A stretch of 55,735 bases of DNA from an uncultured bacterium. GTDB taxonomy: Bacteria > Deinococcota > Deinococci > Deinococcales > Trueperaceae. The DNA lies in assembly GCA_964565625.1 (NCBI GenBank), contig CAZMFX010000001.1, forward strand, positions 3,058 to 58,792, in the 5' to 3' direction. This document shows positions 8,424 to 18,020 of the stretch, in pieces. Every line of letters begins with the position of its first letter. Position 1 is the stretch's first letter. Under the pieces are notes generated by a model. It made no database searches and was not told the DNA's origin. It saw only the letters and a program-made list of their open reading frames with translations. The translations under genes and the position numbers were made by a program.

Positions 8424-10755
8424 CGACGCCTTCGCGCCTCCGCTCGGGGCGCCTCTCGGCGCCGAAGCGCCTCAGCCTCAGGGCGTTGCCGACCACGAAG
8501 ACGCTCGACGCCCCCATGGCTGCCGCAGCCAGCATCGGCGAGAGGAGCAGGCCGGTGAACGGGTAGAGAGCGCCGGCAGCTACGGGGATCAGCACGACGT
8601 TGTACGCGAACGCCCAGAAGAGGTTCTGCCGGATGTTGCGCAGCACCGCCTTCGAGAGCCGCAGGGCGTTCGGCACGCCCTCGACGTCGCCGGACATGAG
8701 CACGACGTCCGCGGCCTCTATCGCCACGTCGGTGCCTGTGCCCAACGCCACGCCGACGTCCGAGGCCGCCAGCGCAGGCGCGTCGTTGATCCCGTCGCCG
8801 ACGAACGCGACCTTGGGTCCTCGGCTCTGGAGCCTGGTCACGATCTCGGCCTTGTCGCCAGGCATCACGTCGGCATGAACCTCGTCGATCTCGACGAGCC
8901 GGGCTACCGCGGCGGCGGTGCGGGCATCGTCACCCGTGACCATCACGGTCCGGACGCCGTGGGCGCGGAGCGCCGCCAGGGCCGGGACCGCCGAGGCCTT
9001 CACCGGGTCGGCCACGGCCATGACGCCGAGCGCCCGCGCAGGATGGTCGGAGCCGTCGCTCGCGGCTACGTACACCGGCGTCTTGCCGTCACGGGCGAAA
9101 GCGCCTGCCGCTTCCGTCAGGGTGCCGATGCTCACCCCGCGCTCTGAGAGGTACCTCGCCGACCCGACGATCACCTCGCGGCCCGAGACGTCGGCCCTCA
9201 CGCCGCGGCCAGTGACGGCAAGGAAGCCCGTGGCCGCCGGCACCTCGAGGCCCTCTTCACCAGCCGCCCCGACTATCGCAGCGGCGAGCGGGTGCTCGCT
9301 CGAGCGCTCGGCCGCCGCCGCCAACGCGATGACCTCCGCCCGCGTCACGCCAGCCTCAGCCGCCGGCACGACGTCCGTGAGACGGGGCTTGCCCTCCGTG
9401 ATGGTTCCGGTCTTGTCGAACGCGACAACCCCGACGCTCGCGAGCTCCTGCAGCGCAGATCCGTTCCTGAACAGCACGCCGAGCTCGGCCGCCTTGCCGG
9501 TCCCGACCATTATGGATACCGGTGTGGCGAGGCCCATCGCGCACGGGCACGCGATTATCAGGACGGCGACGGCGTTGACTATCGCCTGCCCCAGAGCCGG
9601 TTCGGGTCCCAACGCCCACCACGCCACGAACGCGAGCCCCGCCAGGACGAGCACGACCGGAACGAAGACCGCCACCACCCTGTCCAGGAGCGCCTGGATC
9701 GGCAGCTTCGCCCCCTGCGCTGCCTGAACCATCTCGATCACCTGCGACAGGAAGGTCTCGCTTCCCACCTTCGTCGCCCTGAACCTGAACGCGGAGTTGC
9801 CGTTGACCGTGCCGCCGACGACCTCGTCTCCTTCGCGCTTCAGGACGGGCGTGGGCTCGCCCGTGACCATCGACTCGTCGACGTACGACTCGCCGTCGAG
9901 CACGAGGCCGTCGACGGCCAGGCGCTCGCCGGGCCTCACGATGAGCACGTCCCCGCGCCTCACGGCGGCGACGGGCATCTCGAGTACCTCGCTTCCCCTC
10001 TCCACCCTCGCGGTGCTCGGACGCAAAGCCATGAGAGCGCGGATCGCGTCTCCCGTCCGGCCCTTGGCGCGCTGCTCGAGGTACCTGCCCAGCAGGACGA
10101 GCGTCACGATGACGGCCGACGCCTCGAAGTAGACGTGCGCCGAGCCTTCAGGCAGCCAGCCGGGCATGAAGGTAGCGACCGTCGAGTACCCGAAGGCAGC
10201 GCTGGTGCCGAGCAGCACGAGCGCGTTCATGTCGGGCACCCGCCGCATCAGCGAGTCCCACCCCAAGCGGTAGAAACGGCGCCCCGGGCCGAACTGGACC
10301 AGCGCCGCCAGCACGAAGAAGGCGACGTGCCTCGCCTGACCGGGCAGCCAGGCGCTAAGCCAGCCGTCCACGGCCGGCAGGAGCATCGCTCCCATCTCGA
10401 AGACGACGAGCGGCAGGCTGAGAGCGGCGGCGACGACTACGTCGCGGCCGAGGACGGCTACCTGCGCTGCCTTGGCGGCCTGCTCGGCCGCCAGACGGTC
10501 CTCGCCCTCGGCTTCGATCACCGAGTAGCCGGCGCCGGTCACCGCGTCTCTCAGCGCCTTCAAGTCGACCATGTCCGGCCGATACGAGACGCCGGCGCGT
10601 TCCGTCGCGAGGTTGACAGTCGCGCCCAGCACCCCGTCGACGTGCGTGAGCGCCCGCTCCACCCGCGCGACGCACGCCGCGCATGTCATGCCCGAGATCG
10701 ACAGCTCGGCGGTCGCCGTGCCGGACGCGCCCGCCTCTACACCCGTTTCCATCAC
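8392..10755 (-). CDS. copA: Copper-translocating P1B-type ATPase
   Basis: 787 aa. N-terminal HMA domain [17 protein letters not shown] motif ([13 protein letters not shown]), phosphorylation site DKTGTIT, hinge [10 protein letters not shown]. Its 3' end overlaps the convergent gene by 32 nt. Confidence 0.95.
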   Translation of the reverse strand: MMETGVEAGASGTATAELSISGMTCAACVARVERALTHVDGVLGATVNLATERAGVSYRPDMVDLKALRDAVTGAGYSVIEAEGEDRLAAEQAAKAAQVAVLGRDVVVAAALSLPLVVFEMGAMLLPAVDGWLSAWLPGQARHVAFFVLAALVQFGPGRRFYRLGWDSLMRRVPDMNALVLLGTSAAFGYSTVATFMPGWLPEGSAHVYFEASAVIVTLVLLGRYLEQRAKGRTGDAIRALMALRPSTARVERGSEVLEMPVAAVRRGDVLIVRPGERLAVDGLVLDGESYVDESMVTGEPTPVLKREGDEVVGGTVNGNSAFRFRATKVGSETFLSQVIEMVQAAQGAKLPIQALLDRVVAVFVPVVLVLAGLAFVAWWALGPEPALGQAIVNAVAVLIIACPCAMGLATPVSIMVGTGKAAELGVLFRNGSALQELASVGVVAFDKTGTITEGKPRLTDVVPAAEAGVTRAEVIALAAAAERSSEHPLAAAIVGAAGEEGLEVPAATGFLAVTGRGVRADVSGREVIVGSARYLSERGVSIGTLTEAAGAFARDGKTPVYVAASDGSDHPARALGVMAVADPVKASAVPALAALRAHGVRTVMVTGDDARTAAAVARLVEIDEVHADVMPGDKAEIVTRLQSRGPKVAFVGDGINDAPALAASDVGVALGTGTDVAIEAADVVLMSGDVEGVPNALRLSKAVLRNIRQNLFWAFAYNVVLIPVAAGALYPFTGLLLSPMLAAAAMGASSVFVVGNALRLRRFGAERRPERRREGVVRPVGAAPSA

Positions 10756-10756
10756 G

Positions 10757-11095
10757 TCACGCCCTGTACTTGAGGGCTTCCATCAGCTCTTCGACGATGC
10801 GATCGGTGTCGCCCCTCTGGGAAGCGGTCACGACGTGGTCCCGGACATGTGCCCTGAGGACGGCCTCCGACACCTTCCTCATCGCGCCCTGGACCGCGCT
10901 GAGCTGCTTGAGCACGTCGACGCAGTAGACGCTTTCGTCTTCGAGCATGCGCAGGACGCCCTCAACGTGGCCACGCACGCTCTTGAGCCTGAGCGCGGCC
11001 TGTTCCCTCGTCTCGGGGTCGAGGTGGAGGCAATGCGGCCCGCCTGGGGCATCGCCTTGGCCAGGGACCCCGCGCACGCCGACGACGTCGGCCAT
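10757..11095 (-). CDS. csoR: CsoR/RcnR family metal-sensing transcriptional repressor
   Basis: 112 aa. [40 protein letters not shown] is the CsoR signature, including the C-H-C ligand positions. The start overlaps the copZ stop (TGATG). Confidence 0.9.
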   Translation of the reverse strand: MADVVGVRGVPGQGDAPGGPHCLHLDPETREQAALRLKSVRGHVEGVLRMLEDESVYCVDVLKQLSAVQGAMRKVSEAVLRAHVRDHVVTASQRGDTDRIVEELMEALKYRA

Positions 11096-11301
11096 CAGCG
11101 CAGTTCCGCCTGGTAACCCTCGGCCTCCACGGCAGCGATAAGCCTCTGGGGTTCCGCGCTTCCCCTCACGGTCGCCGCGCCGCTGGCCAGATCGACCTGC
11201 GCCGAGTCAACGCCCTGAACCTTCTCGAGAGCGCCCTTTACCGCGGCGACGCAGTGGTTGCAGCTCATGCCCTTCACCTGGAGACGAACGTCGTTTTCCA
11301 T
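11095..11301 (-). CDS. copZ: Heavy-metal-associated copper chaperone
   Basis: 68 aa with the MxCxxC motif (GMSCNHCVAAV) and a ferredoxin-like HMA fold pattern. Confidence 0.9.
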   Translation of the reverse strand: MENDVRLQVKGMSCNHCVAAVKGALEKVQGVDSAQVDLASGAATVRGSAEPQRLIAAVEAEGYQAELR

Positions 11302-11312
11302 GTTAACAACCC

Positions 11313-11332
11313 TACCCCTCCCGGGGTGGGGT
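11313..11332. promoter_or_regulatory. CsoR-operator-like GC-rich pseudo-palindrome upstream of copZ
   Basis: TACCCCTCCCGGGGTGGGGT lies 12 nt upstream of the copZ ATG. It has ACCCC...GGGGT arms around a G/C tract, as in known CsoR operators. Confidence 0.45.
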
Positions 11333-11342
11333 CGTCAACCGT

Positions 11343-11370
11343 GGAGAGGCTGGCGAGCCAGCCCCTCTCC
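11343..11370 (-). terminator. Hairpin downstream of the 11375..11734 gene
   Basis: GGAGAGGCTGG-CGAG-CCAGCCCCTCTCC is an imperfect GC-rich stem starting 5 nt after the stop codon. No U-tract. Confidence 0.4.
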
Positions 11371-11374
11371 TCGC

Positions 11375-11734
11375 CTACTCCGTATCGTCCGGTCGAGGCG
11401 TGAGGATGGAAGGCGGATCGCTTGCAGGGAACGTGTCGTCGAGAGCATCGTCAAGGATGGCGTTCAGCTCCCTGTCGGTCACGCCGACCGAGTCTTCACG
11501 GTTGCGCGCCGCCGACGACGCGTCAGAAGCCGGGAACGACTCGTCGACGGCCTCATCCAGGTCGGCATCGCCACGGCCCATGGCCAGCCGCGCGTCCCGC
11601 TCCTCGCGGTGCCGAACCTCGTACGCGAGCTGGTCGGCGTACGCGAGTGCCTCGTCCAGTGCGCGGGTGCGCTGCTCCAAGCTCTCAAGGCGCTCGATCT
11701 CCCGGCGCGCTGTAACCCTGTTCTGGCGCTCCAT
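11375..11734 (-). CDS. Hypothetical small acidic protein with coiled-coil N-terminus and duplicated (S/T)FPASD motif
   Basis: 119 aa. GGAGG SD upstream of ATG 11734. N-terminus MERQNRVTARREIERLESLEQRTRALDEAL. Motif copies are ESFPASDA (nt 11522-11539) and DTFPASDPP (nt 11417-11434). Confidence 0.65.
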   Translation of the reverse strand: MERQNRVTARREIERLESLEQRTRALDEALAYADQLAYEVRHREERDARLAMGRGDADLDEAVDESFPASDASSAARNREDSVGVTDRELNAILDDALDDTFPASDPPSILTPRPDDTE

Positions 11735-11774
11735 CTGCCGACCTCCTGTTCAGACGCCGCTACCCGCTCAGAGC

Positions 11775-11793
11775 GGACTCGGCGCCGAAGTCC
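11775..11793 (-). terminator. Near-palindromic hairpin downstream of the tandem-GNAT gene
   Basis: GGACTCGGCGCCGAAGTCC, with a self-complementary TCGGCGCCGA core, lies about 75 nt after stop 11867. No U-tract. Confidence 0.3.
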
Positions 11794-11866
11794 TTCTTGG
11801 ACGTTGAGCCTAGGGTTACCACATGAGACCGCGATGCCACCCGTATGGGCGCACGGAGGTACTCAC

Positions 11867-13111
11867 TCACGCGCCCACTACCGCCGCAGCGGGAAGGTCG
11901 CCGCCCAGGCGCCGCGCCTCCTCCCACTCGCTGCGGAGCATGCCGTACACCGCGGTGTCGGGCGCGTACCCGCCGAGGTTGTTGCGCCTCAGGACTCCCT
12001 CGAAAGCGAACCCGAGCCTCTCGGCTACGGCACGGCTCTGCAGGTTCAGGACATCGGCGGCGATCTCGAGCCGTTCGAAGGGCTCGCCGCCCAGCAGCGG
12101 CTCCGCGAAGCACCGCTCGACCAGCGCCCGAACGACCCGCGTGACCACGCCTCTTCCCACGTGTCCCGCGTCCAGCCAATAGCCGATCGCGGCGCTGCGG
12201 GTCCTGCTGTCGACATCGTGCAGCCCGACCGACCCGACCAGCTTGCCGGCCGACCAGATACCGGCCTCGAGGCCGGTGCCCTCGACGATTCCCGGATGCG
12301 CCCGCTGGGTGACGAAGCGCAGCTGGGCTTCGGGCGACGAATCGCGGGCCCACGGCATCCACGGCAGCAGGCGCTCGCGGTTCGCCTCGACCAGCCTGTG
12401 CAGCTCCTGCGCATCGTCCCGCTCGTATATGGCGACGTACAGTTCGTCATCGGGGTCCACGGCAAGGGAGAAGCGCGGCGGCCGGCCCCGCGCGTCGAAG
12501 CGCTCCCGATCGGCAACGTACTCCTCTCGCAGGAGACCGAACATGGCCAGGTCCGTCGGCTCGCCGTCGACGAGGATCACGCGCCTCAGCACAGCCTCGG
12601 GTTTGAGCCCGAGCCGCTGGACGACGCCGAGCGACCTCTCGTTGCGGGCGTCGAGCCCGATAGCGACGCGCCCGACGCCGCGATCCTCGAAGAAGTGGCG
12701 CATGAGGCCACGCAGCGCCCGCGTCACCAGGCCCTTCCCCTCGTGCTCCTTGCCTATGAGGTAGCCGACCTCGGTAGAGCCGCCCGCCCCGCCCCAGTCG
12801 TGTAGCCAGATCATGCCGACCGGCGCGCCGTTGTGACACAGCTCGGCACGCCACCCCTCGCCGGCGCCGAACCGTTCGAGCTCGGACGCCACGAGCCGCT
12901 CCACGCTCTCTCGCGTCGCGTCCGCCGTCCACGACACCCAGCGTCTCAGATGGTCCCTGTCGCGCTCCACGAGACGGTACACGCTCTCGGCGTGATGCCG
13001 CTCGGCGAGCCGTATCGCCAGGTCCTCGTCCAACTGAAGCGCGAAGCTGTGCTCTGGTGCTGGGAAGTTCAGGTGGCGCGCGTCACCCATCTCGACCTCG
13101 GCGTCGATCAT
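11867..13111 (-). CDS. Tandem (duplicated) GNAT N-acetyltransferase, RimJ/RimL-like halves
   Basis: 414 aa. Two similar halves each carry an acetyl-CoA-binding pattern: GYLIGKEHEGKGLVTRALRGLMRHFF..NERSLGVVQRLGLKPEAVLRR and GYWLDAGHVGRGVVTRVVRALVERCF..NLQSRAVAERLGFAFEGVLRR. Confidence 0.85.
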   Translation of the reverse strand: MIDAEVEMGDARHLNFPAPEHSFALQLDEDLAIRLAERHHAESVYRLVERDRDHLRRWVSWTADATRESVERLVASELERFGAGEGWRAELCHNGAPVGMIWLHDWGGAGGSTEVGYLIGKEHEGKGLVTRALRGLMRHFFEDRGVGRVAIGLDARNERSLGVVQRLGLKPEAVLRRVILVDGEPTDLAMFGLLREEYVADRERFDARGRPPRFSLAVDPDDELYVAIYERDDAQELHRLVEANRERLLPWMPWARDSSPEAQLRFVTQRAHPGIVEGTGLEAGIWSAGKLVGSVGLHDVDSRTRSAAIGYWLDAGHVGRGVVTRVVRALVERCFAEPLLGGEPFERLEIAADVLNLQSRAVAERLGFAFEGVLRRNNLGGYAPDTAVYGMLRSEWEEARRLGGDLPAAAVVGA

Positions 13112-13142
13112 GCCACTCCAGACGGGACCATCCCCCGGCCCC

Positions 13143-14720
13143 TCAGCTCGCGTAGATCTGGAGGATCCAGCCAGCCACCCGCGTAACGCTAGCGTCGAGC
13201 TGCCTGAAGAGCGTGAGCACCTCGAGGTGGTGTGAGCTCGAGGCCCGCGACTCCGGAAGTCTCTCCTCCAGCCGCGCCAGGTGTGCGACCCGCATCTTGG
13301 CGACGTGCTCCTCGAAGGCCGGACGGCCCTCTATGACGTGCTCCGCCATGGCGGCGTCGCCGGTCGCCAGGGCGGTGAAGGAGAGACGCATCCGTTCCAT
13401 CACCATCGCACCGGTCGCGGCGAGCTCTGCCCTGCCGCGCTCGCTGAACTCGACGCCCTCCTTGCGCAGCCGCTCCTCCCGCCTGTAGAGCCGCCTTATC
13501 TGGTCGCCCATGTTCTCGAGCTCAGTTGCCACCAGCAGCAGCCTCTCCGAGGCGGCGTCCTGCTGGTCCGTCGAGCGGCGCAGCTCCGCAAGGTAGTCGA
13601 CGACCTCACGCGTCAGACGGTCGGTCTTCGCCTCGCGCCCCTCGATCGGCGCCGGGTCCCATTTGCCGGTGTCCACGTATCCCACGGCGAGCTCCGTCAT
13701 GACAGCCACCTGGTCGCTGATGCGCACCGTCTCGCGCAACGCGAGCTTTATCGCGACGTCGGGGTCGGAGAGCGCCTCGCGCCGGAGGTACTTCGGGGTC
13801 GAATCGTCCTCGCTCGTCGGGACTATCCGCTCGATGAGCCGCGTGACGGGCCCCGCTATGGGAGTGAAGACGAGCGCGACCGCCAGGTTGAAGAAGGTGT
13901 GGGCGTTCGCGACCTGGCGCGCACCGTCGCCGCCGAGCCGGCTGATGGCGCCCATCAGCTCGTCGCCGAAGAAGACGACCGCGAGCGCCGAGACGCCCTT
14001 GACGAAGACGTGACTGATCGCGACGCGCTGCGCGGCGGAGTCGAGGCCCCGAGAGACGACAAGGGGGAGGAACGTGCTGCCGACGTTGCCACCAGCAACG
14101 AGGGCGAAGGCGGTCGGAAGCGACACGGCGTCAGAGACCACGAGGCCGATGGCCACGGCGGCGGCCGAGTTCGCGCTGCCGAGCAGGGCACCGAGGAGCG
14201 CTCCGACGAGCACCATCGTCAGGGGCTGGGCCTCCGCCGCTCGGACGACGAGGCTGAAGACCTCACCCTGCGAGAGGCTCCCGATGGCATCGACGGTGAG
14301 GTCGAGGCCGAGGAACAGGAGGCCGACGCCCAGGAGGATGCCGCCCAACGGCCTCAGTCGCCGCTGAAGCGAGACGAAGAACCCGACGCCGACGAGCGGC
14401 AGCGCGTACTCCGCGACGTTGAAAGCGGCGAGCTGGATCGCGCCCGTGGCCCCCAACTTCGCGCCGAGGGACATGGCGAGCCCGCCCGCGACGGGCACGA
14501 GGCCGCTCGCGACGAGGGAGAGCGCCGTGACCGCCAACGCGGTCCCGCTCTGGGTTATCGCGCCGACAGCGGTGCTGGTGGCGAGCGCCTTGTAAGGCGA
14601 GCCGGTGGCGGCCGCCATCCAGCGCCTCGCGGTCGGCCCAGCCGCTGCCTCCAGCGAGTCCGAGATGCGGTTGACGCCTAATAGGAACAGGGCGAGGCCA
14701 CCGAGCATCATCAACAACAT
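13143..14720 (-). CDS. Na+/phosphate cotransporter family protein with C-terminal PhoU-like domain
   Basis: 525 aa. N-terminus LLMMLGGLALFLLGVNRISDSLEAAAG (NptA/YjbB type), polytopic core, then a helical PhoU-like tail. GAGAGG SD. Confidence 0.9.
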   Translation of the reverse strand: MLLMMLGGLALFLLGVNRISDSLEAAAGPTARRWMAAATGSPYKALATSTAVGAITQSGTALAVTALSLVASGLVPVAGGLAMSLGAKLGATGAIQLAAFNVAEYALPLVGVGFFVSLQRRLRPLGGILLGVGLLFLGLDLTVDAIGSLSQGEVFSLVVRAAEAQPLTMVLVGALLGALLGSANSAAAVAIGLVVSDAVSLPTAFALVAGGNVGSTFLPLVVSRGLDSAAQRVAISHVFVKGVSALAVVFFGDELMGAISRLGGDGARQVANAHTFFNLAVALVFTPIAGPVTRLIERIVPTSEDDSTPKYLRREALSDPDVAIKLALRETVRISDQVAVMTELAVGYVDTGKWDPAPIEGREAKTDRLTREVVDYLAELRRSTDQQDAASERLLLVATELENMGDQIRRLYRREERLRKEGVEFSERGRAELAATGAMVMERMRLSFTALATGDAAMAEHVIEGRPAFEEHVAKMRVAHLARLEERLPESRASSSHHLEVLTLFRQLDASVTRVAGWILQIYAS

Positions 14721-14970
14721 CTGTGCCTCTCACGTCCCTTCCGCCTTCGTGGCGCCGATATGACGAGAGAGTGTAAGCCGAAGTCGCAGCCCGTATCCGG
14801 CGAGCACGGGCCGCGCGGGCGCTGCCTGTGAAGGGTTCGGCCATCGACCCGTCGGGGCCGGGCTTCCGCGCAGCGCTTTGTCACGCCTGCCAGCCTTGCG
14901 AAGTCGGACGTTCGGGGGCACCGTGATAACCTCGCCTCCGAAGAACTCAACTTCGGAAAAGGGAGGGACC

Positions 14971-16161
14971 ATGCTGAGTAGAGTCCTGGCTATCCTGTTC
15001 ATCGCGACAGCCGGCGTGGCGTTGGCTCAAGAGCCCGTCAAGATCGGCGTCATAACCAGCATCACCGGGCGCTTCGCCGAGTTCGGCGAGCAGCACCAGG
15101 CCGGTGTCCAGATCGCGCTCGAGGACGTGAACGCCGCAGGCGGCGTCAACGGCGCGCCCGTCGAGGTCGTCTGGGAAGACGACACGTCAGAGGTGAACGC
15201 GGCCCTGGCGGCGGCCGAGCGCCTCGTCAACCAGGACATACCGCTCGTCATGGGCGCGTACTCGTCCTCCATCACGAACCCGCTGGCGCAGTACTTCACC
15301 CGCCAGCAGCGTCCTTTCCTGGTCTTCACGTCCTCCGACGACGCGATAACGAAGCCCGGCTCCGAGTGGGTCTTCCGCATCAACCAGCCGTCGTTCGCGT
15401 ACGCAGAGGTCCTGTTCAACGTCTTCGACCAGCTCAACGAGGACCACGGCGACGGCTACCTGGAGACCATAGTCACGATCCACGGGAACGGCGCCTTCGA
15501 GACGGCCGTCGCAGACGCCGTCGACGAGATCGCCGCAGAGCGCGGCTACACCGTCCTCGACAGGCAGGACTACGACCAGTCTGGCGCCGACTTCAGGCCC
15601 ATACTCAACCGCTTCAGCGGCCTGGACCCCGACATCGTCTTCATGGTCTCGTACGCGGCCGACTCTGTAGCCCTGGCGCGACAGATCCAGGAGGTCGGTC
15701 TCGACGCGAAGGTGTTCGCCGGCGGAGCCGCCGGCTTCGCGCTCCCCAACTTCATCGAGGGCTCGGGCCCCGCAGCCGACTACGTCTACACCGCCACGAT
15801 GTGGACTCAGGAGGTGCCGTACCCGGGCGCCGAGGAGCTGAACGCTCGCCTCACGGAGGTGCTCGGCCGCACGCCCTCCTACCACGCAGCGCAGGCCTAC
15901 GCCGGCATCATCACAGCTGTCGATGTGCTCAGCCGCGCAGAGTCCTTCGAGCCGGCGGACGTCAGGGCAGCTCTGGAGAGCACCGACATGCCGGACACCG
16001 TGTACGGCCACATCGCCTTCACCGACTACCAGGGCTACCAGAACCAGGCACGCCTGCCAGCAGTGGCCCAGCAGGTCCAGGACGGCGAGTTCGTCACCGT
16101 CTTCGTGAACGGCCAGGTCGTCAACCCGATGCTTGACACGCCGGCCTGGAGCGACCGCTGA
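14971..16161 (+). CDS. livK: Branched-chain amino acid ABC transporter substrate-binding protein
   Basis: Trimmed to ATG 14971 (GGGAGGGA SD). Signal peptide MLSRVLAILFIATAGVALAQ, then EPVKIGVITSITGRFAEFGEQHQAG (LivK/LivJ pattern). Confidence 0.9.
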   Translation: MLSRVLAILFIATAGVALAQEPVKIGVITSITGRFAEFGEQHQAGVQIALEDVNAAGGVNGAPVEVVWEDDTSEVNAALAAAERLVNQDIPLVMGAYSSSITNPLAQYFTRQQRPFLVFTSSDDAITKPGSEWVFRINQPSFAYAEVLFNVFDQLNEDHGDGYLETIVTIHGNGAFETAVADAVDEIAAERGYTVLDRQDYDQSGADFRPILNRFSGLDPDIVFMVSYAADSVALARQIQEVGLDAKVFAGGAAGFALPNFIEGSGPAADYVYTATMWTQEVPYPGAEELNARLTEVLGRTPSYHAAQAYAGIITAVDVLSRAESFEPADVRAALESTDMPDTVYGHIAFTDYQGYQNQARLPAVAQQVQDGEFVTVFVNGQVVNPMLDTPAWSDR

Positions 16162-16194
16162 GAACCGGCCTGAGGAGCGGGACGAGGTAGACCC

Positions 16195-17076
16195 TTGGAG
16201 GGACTCATCCCGCTCCTCCAGAACGTCACCGGCGGGCTCCTGATCGGCGGCATATACGCGCTGATCGGGGTCGGGCTCTCCCTCATCTTCGGGGTCATGC
16301 GCGTCATCAACTTCGCGCATGGCGAGTTCGTCGCGATCGGCATGTACCTCGCCATCGCGCTCTTCGCCGACCTTGGCCTCGATCCGTACGTATCGCTGCT
16401 CATCGCGCTGCCAGCCGGCCTCGTGGCCGGCTGGCTCATACAGCGCATCGTGCTTGCGCGGCTCATCGACGCTCCGGGTGACAGCACGCTGCTCGCGACT
16501 CTCGGCCTCTCGCTCGTCATCGCCAACGCCCTCTTCCTGCTCTTCGGCGCCGAGCCCAAGTCGATATACCTGCCTTACGCGACGGCGACCGTCGACCTGG
16601 CAGGCATAAGGCTCCCGGTCGCCCAGCTGATAGCGGGGGCGATAACCGTTGCGGTCATCACGATCCTGTGGCTCGTGCTCAACCGCACTGAGATCGGCAG
16701 GGCGGTTCGGGCGACGGCCCAGAACCGCCTCGGGGCTGAGCTGGTCGGCGTCAACACCAGACGCATACACGGGCTCGTCTTCGGCCTCGGCATGGCGCTG
16801 GCCATGGCGGCAGGCGTGATCCTGGCGCCGCTGCTCTTCGCCATCCCGACCGTCGGCTCCAGCTACACCCTCAAGGCGTTCGTCGTTACGGTCCTCGGTG
16901 GGCTCGGCAGCGTGCCCGGCGCGATCGGCGGCGGCCTGCTCCTCGGTGTCGTCGAGTTCCTCGGCGCCTCGTACCTATCTTCCGGTTACCGGGACGCGTA
17001 CGGCCTGTTCGCGTTCCTGCTCGTGTTGCTCTTCAGACCGCAGGGCCTCTTCGGTCGGGAGACCAAACGGGTATGA
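16195..17076 (+). CDS. livH: Branched-chain amino acid ABC transporter permease
   Basis: 293 aa. LivH-type N-terminus (LQNVTGGLLIGGIYALIGVGLSLIFGVMRVINFAHGE). TTG start. Confidence 0.9.
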   Translation: MEGLIPLLQNVTGGLLIGGIYALIGVGLSLIFGVMRVINFAHGEFVAIGMYLAIALFADLGLDPYVSLLIALPAGLVAGWLIQRIVLARLIDAPGDSTLLATLGLSLVIANALFLLFGAEPKSIYLPYATATVDLAGIRLPVAQLIAGAITVAVITILWLVLNRTEIGRAVRATAQNRLGAELVGVNTRRIHGLVFGLGMALAMAAGVILAPLLFAIPTVGSSYTLKAFVVTVLGGLGSVPGAIGGGLLLGVVEFLGASYLSSGYRDAYGLFAFLLVLLFRPQGLFGRETKRV

Positions 17077-18020
17077 CGTATCTGCGTCTGGGGCTGGTCG
17101 CCATCGCCGGCCTCGCCTGGTTCATCTTCCTTCCCGAGTACCGCACGCTTGGCATAAACCTGATGCTGCTCGCCGGCTGGGCGACCGCGTGGGACCTGCT
17201 CGGCGGGTGGTCGGGACAGACCTCTCTCGGTCACGCCGCGTTCGTCGGCCTCGGTGCGTACACGATCGCCGTGACGAGCACGAGCTGGGACCTGGCGCCG
17301 TGGTGGGGAGCGCTGCTCGCCATGGCGCTCGCCGCGCTCCTCGCCCTTCTGTGGGGCAAGCTGACGTTCCGCCTGCGCGGTTCGTACTTCGTGCTGGCAA
17401 GCATCGCCGTCGCCGAGATCCTCAGGCTCGTAGCCATAAACGAGCGCGAGCTGACCGGTGGGGCGATCGGCCTCTTCATCTTCGACCTCAAGGAGCCGTT
17501 CGGGCTCGACCTCTTCGACCGCGGCGTGGAGTTCTGGGTCGCTCTTGGCTACCTCGCCATCGTCCTCCTCATCGCAGCGCTCGTCACGCGCGGCCGTCTG
17601 GGTTACCAGATGCGCGCCGTGAGGGAGGACGAGCCTTCTGCCGAAGCCGCCGGCATCAACCCGGAGGCCGTCAAGCTGTGGGCGTTCGCGATATCGGGCG
17701 GCCTCACCGCCCTTGGCGGCTGCCTTTACGGCATAGTGCTCTCGGCTCTCCAGCCGCAGCCGCTCTTCGAGATCCACCTCTCGGTGCGCATCGCGCTCGT
17801 GGCCATCATCGGCGGTCGCGGCACGCTGTTCGGGCCGCTCGTGGGTGCTGCCCTCATCACGGTGGCAGCCGAGCTGTTCCGCAACGTGTTCGCCGAGGCC
17901 AACCTGCTGATCTACGGCGCTCTGATCGTGGTCGTCGTCCTCTTCGCGCCCTCCGGCATCCTTGGAGAGATCCAGAGGTGGATGGTTAGGAGGCGGTATG
18001 CCCGCAGCGCTCAGGGCTGA
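17073..18020 (+). CDS. livM: Branched-chain amino acid ABC transporter permease
   Basis: 315 aa. LivM pattern (GQTSLGHAAFVGLGAYT). ATGA overlap with livH. Confidence 0.9.
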   Translation: MTYLRLGLVAIAGLAWFIFLPEYRTLGINLMLLAGWATAWDLLGGWSGQTSLGHAAFVGLGAYTIAVTSTSWDLAPWWGALLAMALAALLALLWGKLTFRLRGSYFVLASIAVAEILRLVAINERELTGGAIGLFIFDLKEPFGLDLFDRGVEFWVALGYLAIVLLIAALVTRGRLGYQMRAVREDEPSAEAAGINPEAVKLWAFAISGGLTALGGCLYGIVLSALQPQPLFEIHLSVRIALVAIIGGRGTLFGPLVGAALITVAAELFRNVFAEANLLIYGALIVVVVLFAPSGILGEIQRWMVRRRYARSAQG

